Source of the DNA: Candidatus Kapaibacterium sp. | GTDB taxonomy: Bacteria > Bacteroidota > Ignavibacteria > Palsa-1295 | Direction: 5' to 3' | Assembly (NCBI GenBank): GCA_039923455.1 | Contig: JBDTCS010000091.1 | Location: forward strand, 1-43,843 | DNA length: 43,843 nt | Shown: positions 1 to 9,449 of the stretch, in pieces | Layout of the letters: each line of letters starts with the position of its first letter | How positions within the stretch are numbered: position 1 is the first letter of the stretch | Position numbers and translations under genes: made by a program | The notes under the pieces: generated by a model | Databases searched by the model: none | Told to the model about the DNA's origin: nothing | The model's input: the letters and a program-made list of their open reading frames with translations, nothing else

Positions 1-1
1 C

Positions 2-1837
2 GAACGAACCGCGGAGCTTCAGAGCGTGAATGGGAAGCTGTTGATTGAGAATGAGATCCGGCAGCGTTCGGAGAATGCGTTGCGCGAAAGTCAGGAGCGA
101 TTTCATTCACTCGCGGAATCGATGCCACAAATCGTTTGGGTGGCCGGACCGTCTGGTGCAATCGAATATGCCAATGAGCGGATGAAAGATTATTCCGGTT
201 CGAGGGAGATATCTGAGGATACTTGGAATCGAATCATTCATCCCGAGGACGCGACGCTCTATTTCCATCGTTGGAATGCTGCCTTGGGGAGCGGTGCAGA
301 TTTTGAAACCGAGTTCCGGATGTTGTGTGCTGCCGATCAAACGTATCGTTGGCATATCTGCCGTGCACTCGCGATGAGAGATGAGGCCGGAGCGATCATT
401 CGTTGGTTCGGTACGTCTACAGATATTCACGAGAAAAAGCTTGCCGAAGAGGCACTGCGTGAAAATCGCGATGCGCTGGATCAGCGTGTGCGTGAACGAA
501 CAAGTCAGCTTCGCGAGACCAATGAAAACCTCGAACGAGAGATCCTCGAGCGCAAAGCTGTGGAGGTGGCGTTGATTACATCGCGCAACCATGCGGAGGA
601 GATGAACCGACTCAAGAGTGCCTTCCTCGCGAACATGAGTCATGAGATACGTACGCCGATGACGAGCATCCTGGGCTTTGCGGGGCTCCTTTCCGAAAGC
701 TTACAAGGCTCTGAGCTCGAAGAGTTTTCCGGCATGATCGAGACGAGCGGCAAACGCCTGATGGACACGATCAACAGCATTCTCGACATGGCGAAGATTG
801 AAGCGAATCGGGTTGAACTCAATCCGACCGAAGTGATCGTTGAAGATGAGATCCGAAAGGTTGTCGATATGCTTCGGCCGTTAGCAGTGCAAAAAGGGAT
901 CGGACTTCGACTCGATATTCACAAGCGTGATATTTCGGGTGAGATCGATGCCCATTATTTCGGACGAATTCTTACAAATATTATTGGTAATGCAGTGAAG
1001 TTTACGAAGGAAGGATTCGTCGCGGTCGAACTCGACCGGATGCAATCGCTTGAGTCGGATGCTGTTGCCGATGGCATTCGTGTTCGCGTTCGAGATTCTG
1101 GTGTGGGTATCTCCGAAGATTTTCTGCCGCATATCTTTGATGAATTCAAGCAGGAGTCGAGCGGGTGGTCACGAGATTTCGAAGGGACCGGACTTGGGCT
1201 CACACTTTCGAAGCATTTGGTGGAATTAATGTCTGGCAACATCACTGTCGAAAGTAAACGCGGAGAGGGTAGCACGTTTACAATTGAACTTCCCCTGAAG
1301 AATCTACATATCCCATTTGAGAATATCCGCGCAAACGATTCGGAGTGGGCCACCAAGATTCGGTCGGAGCGGACGTCGGCCTCCACGTGCGTCGATCACC
1401 AAATACATGTAACCAACAGCGTGAGTGCGGCCAAGCGCAGATTGTCACGTGTGCTTCTGGTCGAGGATAATTATGAGAGCGCTCGTCTAACAACCATCTT
1501 GCTTAGCGAAGTGTGTTCCGTCGATCACGCTTCTGACATCGCAAGTGCGGGGGCGCTGCTGGAAGCGAATCGATACGAGTTAATCCTGATGGATGTTAAT
1601 CTGAAAAGTGGTCAGAGTGGACTTGACCTCACAAAAGCGCTTCGACAAATTGCTCGCCATCAGACGATCCCGATTATCGCACTTACGGCTTACGCCATGA
1701 AAGGTGACCGTGAAAGCGCTCTCTCTGCCGGCTGCGACGACTACCTCTCCAAACCATTCACGAGGGACCAGTTAGTGGATGCTGTCACGGCGCAACTAAG
1801 CAAGACTTTGGCTTCCATACCGTCGGCAAACTATTAA
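2..1837 (+). CDS. PAS-domain hybrid sensor histidine kinase/response regulator (5'-truncated by the window edge)
   Basis: The frame is open from position 2 (ERTAELQSVNGK...), so GTG26 is probably not the true start. It has a PAS/PAC segment (IHPED...YRWH...RWFGTSTDIHE), an H-box (FLANMSHEIRTP), N/G boxes (NIIGNAVKFT, DSGVGI, GTGLGL) and a C-terminal REC domain (VLLVED, LMDVNL, TAYA, KPF). Confidence 0.95.
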   Translation, partial: ERTAELQSVNGKLLIENEIRQRSENALRESQERFHSLAESMPQIVWVAGPSGAIEYANERMKDYSGSREISEDTWNRIIHPEDATLYFHRWNAALGSGADFETEFRMLCAADQTYRWHICRALAMRDEAGAIIRWFGTSTDIHEKKLAEEALRENRDALDQRVRERTSQLRETNENLEREILERKAVEVALITSRNHAEEMNRLKSAFLANMSHEIRTPMTSILGFAGLLSESLQGSELEEFSGMIETSGKRLMDTINSILDMAKIEANRVELNPTEVIVEDEIRKVVDMLRPLAVQKGIGLRLDIHKRDISGEIDAHYFGRILTNIIGNAVKFTKEGFVAVELDRMQSLESDAVADGIRVRVRDSGVGISEDFLPHIFDEFKQESSGWSRDFEGTGLGLTLSKHLVELMSGNITVESKRGEGSTFTIELPLKNLHIPFENIRANDSEWATKIRSERTSASTCVDHQIHVTNSVSAAKRRLSRVLLVEDNYESARLTTILLSEVCSVDHASDIASAGALLEANRYELILMDVNLKSGQSGLDLTKALRQIARHQTIPIIALTAYAMKGDRESALSAGCDDYLSKPFTRDQLVDAVTAQLSKTLASIPSANY

Positions 1838-2044
1838 TCGCAGACATTGGGCATTAGTAAGTCCAAACTGACGAATATCGCCCGACTTGGAGCATTTCCC
1901 TGATTCAGGGTGTTTCCGCACCCACATGTATGGGTTTCGGGCTTACGGCTCGGCTCCAACGTGCTTTTTTATCAGGCTCTGGGTGTTATTTGCTTGCGAA
2001 TTCGGCTGAATTAGGCCGCAATGCAGTCGGCTTAAACTATTGGC

Positions 2045-3868
2045 ATGTCCTTAGAACATATTCGGAATTTCTGCATCATTGCCCATATTGATCATGGCAA
2101 GTCTACGTTAGCAGATAAACTGCTCCTCGAGACGCACACCATTCAGATGCGGGAAATGACGAATAATCAGGTGCTTGACGATATGGATCTCGAGCAGGAG
2201 CGCGGAATCACGATCAAGCTCCACGCGATCCAGATGAAATACACGCAACCCGCAGAAGACGGCAGCGTTGGAAATGGCATCGAGTACACCTACAACATGG
2301 TCGATACTCCAGGCCACGTCGATTTTACTTATGAAGTATCACGAAGTCTCGCCGCCTGCGAAGGTGCAATTCTCGTTGTCGATGCAACACAAGGCGTCGA
2401 AGCGCAGACGATAGCGAATCTCTATCTTGCCATCGAAGCAGGACTTGAGATCATTCCAGTCCTCAATAAAGTCGATCTGCAATCTGCGATGATCGAAGAA
2501 GTAAGCACGCAGGTTATCGAGTTGCTTGGTTGCAAGCGCGAAGATATTATTCTCGCGAGCGCAAAAGCAGGCATCGGAATTCGCGATGTGCTCGAAGCTG
2601 TCCGTTTGCGGATTCCGCCTCCGAAGGGTGATGTCACGGCGCCGCTAAAGTGTTTGATCTTTGATTCTGTTTTTGATTCGTATCGTGGTTCGATCGTTTA
2701 TCTTCGAGTAATGGAAGGCACGATGCGTGAAGGTGACGAGATCATCTTCATGTATAACAAGTCGAAGTATCGCGTCGAAGAAGTTGGCACACTTCGCATG
2801 GGTCGCGAAAAGAAGGATATGCTCTCGGCTGGTGATGTTGGTTATCTTATCGCCGGCGTCAAGAATGTAAAAGACACTCGCGTCGGAGATACGGTTACTC
2901 ATTTCCGAAATGGCGCCACCGAACCGATCTCCGGATTCAAAGAATCGAAGCCGATGGTTTTCGCCGGACTCTATCCGCAGTCAGCAGAAGATTTTGCAGA
3001 GTTGCGCGACTCGCTCGATCGGTTGTCGCTCAACGATTCATCTCTGGTCTACGAGCCGGAAAGTTCTATCGCGCTTGGTTTCGGATTTCGTTGCGGGTTT
3101 CTTGGTCTCTTGCACATGGAGATCATTCAGGAGCGCTTAGAACGCGAGTTCAATCAGAGTCTTGTTACGACGGTTCCGAACGTAGAGTATCGGGTGACCA
3201 CCACTTCAAATGAGTTGATCGTCGTGGACAATCCATCTTCAATGCCCGAGCCCGGACGTATCGAATACATCGAAGAGCCGTATATCAAGGCGCAAATCAT
3301 CGTGCCAAGCGAGTATGTTGGTGCAATCATGAAGCTTGCGAACGATCGCAGAGGAATTCACAAGACGACAAGCTACCTCGATCCGACGCGTGCCGATCTG
3401 CATTACGAATTTCCGCTCTCCGAGATCATATTCGATTTTTACGATCGCTTGAAATCTATTTCTCGCGGTTATGCATCGCTCGATTATGAGTTTCTCGAGT
3501 ATCGACAGTCCGACATGGTACGATTGGATATTTTGCTCAACGGCGATCCCGTTGATGCATTTAGTACGATCGTCCATCGTGACAAGGCTTTCGATTGGGG
3601 TAAAAAATTATGCACGAAACTTCGTGAGCTAATTCCACGTCACATGTTCGAGGTGGCAATTCAGGCAGCAATCGGGGCGAAGATCATTGCGCGAGAAACA
3701 GTACGTGCGATGCGCAAAGACGTAACGGCGAAGTGCTACGGAGGTGATATCTCTCGTAAGCGCAAACTGCTGGAGAAACAAAAAGAGGGCAAGAAGCGAA
3801 TGAAGCAGGTCGGACGAATCGAAGTGCCGCAGGAGGCATTCCTCGCCGTGTTGCAGATCTCGGATTAA
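2045..3868 (+). CDS. lepA: Elongation factor 4 (LepA) GTPase
   Basis: [48 protein letters not shown] and the C-terminal [25 protein letters not shown]. Confidence 0.99.
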   Translation: MSLEHIRNFCIIAHIDHGKSTLADKLLLETHTIQMREMTNNQVLDDMDLEQERGITIKLHAIQMKYTQPAEDGSVGNGIEYTYNMVDTPGHVDFTYEVSRSLAACEGAILVVDATQGVEAQTIANLYLAIEAGLEIIPVLNKVDLQSAMIEEVSTQVIELLGCKREDIILASAKAGIGIRDVLEAVRLRIPPPKGDVTAPLKCLIFDSVFDSYRGSIVYLRVMEGTMREGDEIIFMYNKSKYRVEEVGTLRMGREKKDMLSAGDVGYLIAGVKNVKDTRVGDTVTHFRNGATEPISGFKESKPMVFAGLYPQSAEDFAELRDSLDRLSLNDSSLVYEPESSIALGFGFRCGFLGLLHMEIIQERLEREFNQSLVTTVPNVEYRVTTTSNELIVVDNPSSMPEPGRIEYIEEPYIKAQIIVPSEYVGAIMKLANDRRGIHKTTSYLDPTRADLHYEFPLSEIIFDFYDRLKSISRGYASLDYEFLEYRQSDMVRLDILLNGDPVDAFSTIVHRDKAFDWGKKLCTKLRELIPRHMFEVAIQAAIGAKIIARETVRAMRKDVTAKCYGGDISRKRKLLEKQKEGKKRMKQVGRIEVPQEAFLAVLQISD

Positions 3869-3902
3869 TAAACAAGCTACATTTTCGAAAGAGAAAACAA
3901 TC

Positions 3903-5024
3903 ATGGCGGATAATATTGCGCCGAGTGGATCGAACAAGCCCGGTGAATCGAACAAGCCCGGTGAATCGAACAAGCCCGGTGAATCGAACAAGCCCGGTGG
4001 ATCGAACAAGCCCGGTGAATCGAACAAGCCCGGTGGATCGAACAAGGCAAGTGGGGCCAATAGGCCAGGCACGGGAGGCAGATCGCTCGATGAATTGCGA
4101 GCGAAAACCAAGACTACCAAATTCTCGTCCAAGGGCACTAAGGTAACCGGCGAGAAGAAGAAGGAGAGTCTCTGGCGCTCACTCATCGTTGCGCTTTTGA
4201 TTGCGCTCGTAATACGTGCAGTGATGTTCGAGGCATTTCGTATTCCGACGGGTTCGATGAAGAACACGCTGCTCGTTGGCGATTATTTGTTCGTCAATAA
4301 GCTCGCCTACTTTATTCGCTCGCCAAAATATTTTCCGCTGACTACTACGGAGATTCCGTTCCTAAGTATTCCAACCGGTTCACCTAAGCGCAGTGATGTG
4401 ATCGTCTTCGAATATCCTGGAGATCAAGATCTCGTTGTTCCGCGTGAGAAGAAGATCAACTATATCAAACGTTGTATCGGGATTCCGGGTGATACGGTGC
4501 AAATCATCAACAAGCAAGTCTTCGTCAACGGACAGCGCATGGTAAATCCTGCCGGTATGAATTTCCGCGAGTCCGAAGTGCGACCGAAAAACGAGATTGA
4601 CCCGCATATTTTTCCGCAAGGCGCACCGTGGAATAAAGATTGGTACGGACCGATCAGGGTTCCAAAAAAGGGCGATGTGATAAAGATCACAACCGATAAT
4701 ATTCATCAGTGGGAAGTGTTTGTTGCGCGCGAGGGACATAAAGTCGAGATCGGCAACGGCGGAGTGATCCAAATCGACGGCACGGCACAGAGCAACTACA
4801 AAGTCGAGCGTGACTATCTTTGGATGATGGGAGATAATCGTGACGATTCCGAAGATTCGAGGTTTTGGGGATTCGCTCCCGTCGATAACGTTGTCGGCAA
4901 CGCGCTCTTCATTCATTGGTCGATGTACTGGCCGCCATCATCCGGTTATGGTGACGGCTACGATCCCGATGAAGATCAGCACTTCCACATTCGTTGGGGC
5001 CGCATCGGCAATATTATTCGTTGA
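3903..5024 (+). CDS. lepB: Signal peptidase I with an N-terminal (G/E)SNKPG repeat
   Basis: A TM segment followed by the catalytic Ser box IPTGSM, the Lys box YIKRCIG and GDNRDDSEDSRFWG. It follows lepA, which is the canonical synteny. Confidence 0.97.
   Translation: MADNIAPSGSNKPGESNKPGESNKPGESNKPGGSNKPGESNKPGGSNKASGANRPGTGGRSLDELRAKTKTTKFSSKGTKVTGEKKKESLWRSLIVALLIALVIRAVMFEAFRIPTGSMKNTLLVGDYLFVNKLAYFIRSPKYFPLTTTEIPFLSIPTGSPKRSDVIVFEYPGDQDLVVPREKKINYIKRCIGIPGDTVQIINKQVFVNGQRMVNPAGMNFRESEVRPKNEIDPHIFPQGAPWNKDWYGPIRVPKKGDVIKITTDNIHQWEVFVAREGHKVEIGNGGVIQIDGTAQSNYKVERDYLWMMGDNRDDSEDSRFWGFAPVDNVVGNALFIHWSMYWPPSSGYGDGYDPDEDQHFHIRWGRIGNIIR
3925..4068 (+). repeat. 18-bp in-frame tandem repeat GTG(G/A)ATCGAACAAGCCCG in lepB
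   Basis: Six full units start at 3925, 3943, 3961, 3979, 3997 and 4015 and differ only at one G/A position. A partial unit starts at 4033 and a degenerate one at 4051 (GANRPG). Confidence 0.97.
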
Positions 5025-5034
5025 TCGAAAACAC

Positions 5035-6228
5035 GTGAACGTCGAACCAGGCAACCGAGAACCTAAAAGCACTCAACCGTTGAGTGCGTACCTCCACATA
5101 CCCTTCTGTGAAAAGAAGTGTATCTATTGCGATTTCTATTCGATCGAGAATGTATCGCTGCGCGGAGAATTTGTCGAGTTGTTGTTGCAGGAGATCGCGC
5201 TGAAACTTGCGGCGAGTCCATCGCTATCAGGTAGAACACTGGAGACGATCTTCTTCGGCGGCGGAACACCTTCACTGCTCACTCCGGAAGAACTCGCTCG
5301 CATAATAACGGCGCTGAAATCACATTTCACAATTTCGGAAAATGTCGAGTTCACGCTTGAGTGCAATCCCGGTACCGTCACGCTTGAGAAGCTTTCAGGT
5401 TATCGCGCGCTTGGAGTGAATCGATTGAGCTTCGGCGTGCAGTCATTCGATCAAGCCGAACTTGATTTTCTCGGACGGATTCATAACGCAGCCGAAGCGC
5501 GTGAGGCAGTGCGGCTTGCAAGGGCAGCGGGTTTCGAGAACGTCAGCATCGATCTAATCTTTGCGTTGCCCGGACAGAATGAGGCGACACTCGCGAACAC
5601 ACTTCGAGAGGCGATCGCGCTGGGCACCGACCACATCAGCGCATACAACTTGATCGTCGAGCCCGGCACACCACTTTTTCGGCTGGTGCAAATGAACAAG
5701 ATTATCGAACTCGACCCGGATCGCGCGGCGCAGCTTTTTGATCTAACCCAACGTACGCTCGAAGAGGCAGGATTTGAGCAGTATGAGATTTCCAATTATG
5801 CTCGCTCGACTGCGAAACGAGCTAAGCATAATCTTGTTTATTGGGACGGCGCAAAGGAGTATATATCCTTCGGACCATCGGCGCACGAGTTCCTTGAGGG
5901 CCGCCGCGATTGGAACGTCTCATCGCTCGAACAATACAAGCACATGATCGCCTCAGGCTCACTTCCGATTCTGCAATCGGAAACCCTGACGACCGAAGAG
6001 CGCAGAACAGAAGTTGCCTATTTGCAACTTCGCTCGACCGGCATCGATCTCCTGCAGTTTGAACAGGCCTTTGGTGAAGCACTGATGGACTACGATGAGG
6101 TGCACGCGCTGATTGGGGATGAGATGTTGGTATGGAATGACGGGAAGTTGTGTCTTACGCAAAAAGGCTATCGTTTTTGCGACGGTATCGTGACGAGGTT
6201 GTTACGTCAGGCAGAGTTGGTCGGGTAA
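5035..6228 (+). CDS. hemW: Radical SAM heme chaperone HemW (HemN-like)
   Basis: YLHIPFCEKKCIYCDFYS (CxxxCxxC), FGGGTPS, YEISNY and the HemW-type HNLVYW motif. I placed the start at GTG5035, just after the lepB stop, rather than at 4840; the exact start is uncertain. Confidence 0.9.
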   Translation: MNVEPGNREPKSTQPLSAYLHIPFCEKKCIYCDFYSIENVSLRGEFVELLLQEIALKLAASPSLSGRTLETIFFGGGTPSLLTPEELARIITALKSHFTISENVEFTLECNPGTVTLEKLSGYRALGVNRLSFGVQSFDQAELDFLGRIHNAAEAREAVRLARAAGFENVSIDLIFALPGQNEATLANTLREAIALGTDHISAYNLIVEPGTPLFRLVQMNKIIELDPDRAAQLFDLTQRTLEEAGFEQYEISNYARSTAKRAKHNLVYWDGAKEYISFGPSAHEFLEGRRDWNVSSLEQYKHMIASGSLPILQSETLTTEERRTEVAYLQLRSTGIDLLQFEQAFGEALMDYDEVHALIGDEMLVWNDGKLCLTQKGYRFCDGIVTRLLRQAELVG

Positions 6229-6324
6229 TTGGAAGGCTGGAAGGCCGGAAGATTCGGTGGTCGTTCAAGATTGGACTTATTTGGTAGTCCATTTTTTCTT
6301 TTTCAAAGTTCACTGCAATAATTA

Positions 6325-9258
6325 GTGCAAACACGAAAAGTACACTACGGATTTGCGATCGCAAGTTTTCTGATCGCATTGGTGACCTATACTCTCACGA
6401 TGCAACCGACGATCCCGTTCTGGGATTGTGGTGAGTTCGCAGCTGCGGCCTTTAGTCTCGGCGTACCGCATCCACCGGGGGCACCTCTCTGGACGATCAT
6501 CGGCCGGTTGGGTATGCTTATTCCGACATTTACCGATCCGGTCGCTCGATATAATTTTCTCTCGGTTCTCAGTTCTGCGCTGTCGATCCTATTGCTCTAT
6601 CTTACGATCGTTCGTTTGATCAAGATGTTTCGTGGCGCTCCGAAGAACACCGCCGACATGCTAACTACCTTTGGTGGAGCATTTGTTGGCGCGCTTGCCT
6701 ATGCGTTCACCGACAGTTTTTGGTTCAATGCACTTGAGTGCGAAGTGTACGCATTCGGATCGCTCTTTATCTCGCTTGTACCATGGTTAATTCTTGTCTG
6801 GCATGATCACGCTGACGAACCACACAGTGAAAAATATTTGCTCTTGATCGCGTATGTGATCGGCTTATCACTTGGTGTCCATCAACTCGCACTACTTACG
6901 ATATTCCCCGTATGGATGCTCGTCTATTACAAGCGCTGGCCGAAAACAACCGTCAAAGGTTGGTTGCTGATGGTACTCAGCTCCGTAGTTGCTTTCGCTT
7001 TGATCTTCAAGATCGTGCTTTCTGATCTGGTCGACTGGGCAGGCAAGGGCAACGGGATTATCTCGCTCGTTATTCTCGTAGGCGTTATCGTCGGAATTTT
7101 CTGGAGCCAGCAAAAGAAGAAGCCGATGGTTAATCTCGCGCTTTGGGCAACAATTTTGATCTTCCTCGGCTATACGAGTTATACGCTCGTGATGGTGCGT
7201 GCGCATCAAGATCCACCGATGAACCAAGGGCGCCCGACCACATTTGAGAAGCTTGCAGGTTACATTAATCGCGAACAGTACGGTGAAGCGCGCGAACTTC
7301 CGCGTCGCTTGAAAGATCAGGAACGCGATCATGCGAATACTTGGCAGAATTATTCAAGCGATTGGGACTTTTTCATTCGCTATCAAACCAACATGATGTT
7401 CCACCGTTATCTCGGATGGAATTTCATCGGACGCACAACCGACGATCAAGGTGCGGGTGTCGATCTCTCCAAGACGTGGGCACTACCATTCATACTTGGT
7501 GTCTTCGGAATGTTCTGGCACTTCCGTCGAGACCCCAAACGTGCGCTAACTATATTAGGTACGTTTATCATCATGGGATACCTGACCGATTGGTATCAGA
7601 ATCAGCAAGACCCGCAACCTCGAGAGCGAGATTATTTCTATGTCGGCGCATTTTATTTCTTCGCAATGTGGATCGGCATCGGTGCGACCGGAATCATGGA
7701 GTGGGTTCGCAATCGAAAATCCAAAGCTGCGGAATCTGATGCAGCATTGTTTGAGGAAAATCCGAAGACCGGTTTGGTCGGCGGAATATTGATTGGTCTG
7801 CTTGTGCTCGTGCCGATCAACATGTGTATCGGATTGGCAGGGCTCGTGACGGGGCAGCCATTTAGTCAATCTTCGAAATGGGCAGAATACTCACGCGCAA
7901 AGAATTATATTCCGTGGGATTACGCTTATAATATTTTGCAGTCCTGTGATCAAGATGCGATCCTGTTTACCTATGGCGACAACGACACATTCCCGCTTTG
8001 GTGCTTGCAGGATGTCTATGGAATCCGTCGAGATATTCGTATCGTGCAACTCTCGCTCGCGAACCTGCCATACTATGTTAAGCTATTAAAGAACGATCAT
8101 CCCTGGGGTGCCAAAACAATCACGCTGCCAAGCTACTCCAACGAAGTGCTGGATATGCCGGAGCAGGAGGGAATGTATGCCGTCCCGATTCGTCCGAAAG
8201 AGGTCGTGATGAACCTCGATGCGAAGTCGGTGCAATGGATCATGGGTGATTCGAGTGCGAGTGCAGCAGTGATGCATTGGAGTGCAAATCCACGTCAGCC
8301 ATCGGAACAGTTGATAGTAGATATCATTGAGAATCATCTGAAGGATCGTCCGATCTATTTCTCGGCGACTGTCGCGGAAGGTTCGTACGTTGGGCTCGGT
8401 AAATTTCTTGTGCATGAAGGAATGGCCGCTCGTGTGACACCTATCGAGCAAGCGCCCGATCAAACCCAAGCGGGATTAGGTGGCTCGATTAACGAAAAAC
8501 GCTATCTGCGATCGGTGTATCACATTCCTTCGGAGCCGCATCTTGGTCCTGATCGTGGAATGATACTTCGAACCTACAACGATCCGGATTCGCATCATTC
8601 GGTGCTGGATGATCGGTACTCGATGTCCTATCGGATTGAATATATTCGCCTCGCGAATTATTATCTTGCTCGCGGCAACAAACCGGAAGCAAGTCGCGCG
8701 CTGGATACACTGGATGCACGCATCCCCAACAAACTTGTACCGCTGGAGTATCCGTATTCCTCTATACTTGTCGATCTCTACGATCGTGTAGGTAATTACA
8801 AAAAATCCGCACAGTATGCGAGATATACCGCCGATCTGATTCGCGAAGTCATGAAAGATCCGAATTGGCGCGACAACGATCCGTATGCAAAGCAAATGCG
8901 CGTTGACTTCACATTCGGCGATATGCTATTACGCGCCGGAGAGTACGATTCGGCTGCAGCGCAATTTGAAAGCTTACGCGCGAGTGCTTCGCCGCAAGAG
9001 GCTGGATATTTTGCTGTAAAAGGAGCGGAAGCTATGGCGATGAAGTTAGAATCGCAAGGCAAAAAGAAGGAAGCTTATGATGGATATCACGTGCTTCTGA
9101 CACAGATCGCAAGCCAAGGAGGCGATGCCGGAAGAGAGCTACCCGAAGTACTCACGAGACACGACGCGCTGGCCAAGATGTTGGGCTTACCGCTTTTCGA
9201 TCCTGCGAGTGCAAAGGCGTTAGCACCGAAGGACTCGGCACGGATCTCACAGAAATAG
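6325..9258 (+). CDS. DUF2723 / TMEM260-like GT-C membrane glycosyltransferase, paralog 1
   Basis: N-terminal TM followed by WDCGEF, VPHPPGAPL, ECEVY, GVHQL, YINREQYG, QPRERDYFY and GDNDTFPLW. Multi-TM core with a soluble, helical (TPR-like) C-terminal region. Confidence 0.85.
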   Translation: MQTRKVHYGFAIASFLIALVTYTLTMQPTIPFWDCGEFAAAAFSLGVPHPPGAPLWTIIGRLGMLIPTFTDPVARYNFLSVLSSALSILLLYLTIVRLIKMFRGAPKNTADMLTTFGGAFVGALAYAFTDSFWFNALECEVYAFGSLFISLVPWLILVWHDHADEPHSEKYLLLIAYVIGLSLGVHQLALLTIFPVWMLVYYKRWPKTTVKGWLLMVLSSVVAFALIFKIVLSDLVDWAGKGNGIISLVILVGVIVGIFWSQQKKKPMVNLALWATILIFLGYTSYTLVMVRAHQDPPMNQGRPTTFEKLAGYINREQYGEARELPRRLKDQERDHANTWQNYSSDWDFFIRYQTNMMFHRYLGWNFIGRTTDDQGAGVDLSKTWALPFILGVFGMFWHFRRDPKRALTILGTFIIMGYLTDWYQNQQDPQPRERDYFYVGAFYFFAMWIGIGATGIMEWVRNRKSKAAESDAALFEENPKTGLVGGILIGLLVLVPINMCIGLAGLVTGQPFSQSSKWAEYSRAKNYIPWDYAYNILQSCDQDAILFTYGDNDTFPLWCLQDVYGIRRDIRIVQLSLANLPYYVKLLKNDHPWGAKTITLPSYSNEVLDMPEQEGMYAVPIRPKEVVMNLDAKSVQWIMGDSSASAAVMHWSANPRQPSEQLIVDIIENHLKDRPIYFSATVAEGSYVGLGKFLVHEGMAARVTPIEQAPDQTQAGLGGSINEKRYLRSVYHIPSEPHLGPDRGMILRTYNDPDSHHSVLDDRYSMSYRIEYIRLANYYLARGNKPEASRALDTLDARIPNKLVPLEYPYSSILVDLYDRVGNYKKSAQYARYTADLIREVMKDPNWRDNDPYAKQMRVDFTFGDMLLRAGEYDSAAAQFESLRASASPQEAGYFAVKGAEAMAMKLESQGKKKEAYDGYHVLLTQIASQGGDAGRELPEVLTRHDALAKMLGLPLFDPASAKALAPKDSARISQK

Positions 9259-9449
9259 GAGGCGTCATTCTGGTACTAAACAGCGACTGAGCTGTTCTGG
9301 AGTCGTATTTTGCAGAATGGAGTCGCTTTTGGCCAACTTTTACTGTGTTAAGTGGCACCCGAACTGCGCCTTTTGCGGTTCAAGTGGAGCAGATTTTTGA
9401 AACGGACGAAAGTTTGAAACAGAGGAAAGCAAGTACTTAAATTCGAGAA

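Noticed and set aside
1838-2044. Short palindromes (CCCTGATTCAGGG; ACCCACATGTATGGGT) upstream of lepA
   Set aside because: They are too short, have no U-tract or recognisable RNA family, and cannot be told from chance.
3925-4068. Repeat array as a possible CRISPR
   Set aside because: The units are contiguous 18-mers with no spacers, lie in frame within lepB, and no cas genes are present.
3629-4267. 212-aa minus-strand ORF with PGLFD repeats, and the +1-frame RTSPVN ORF at 3916-4146
   Set aside because: Both are shadows of the lepA end and the lepB tandem repeat; a stop-free repeat is open in several frames.
4840-5034. N-terminal extension of hemW overlapping lepB
   Set aside because: It overlaps the conserved lepB C-terminus, and HemW similarity only begins near SAYLHIPFC.
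9259-9449. Small hairpins between the DUF2723 paralogs as a terminator or ncRNA
   Set aside because: The stems are only 6-7 bp with no convincing terminator tail, and the CGTATTTTG box is one base short of the TAnnTTTG consensus.
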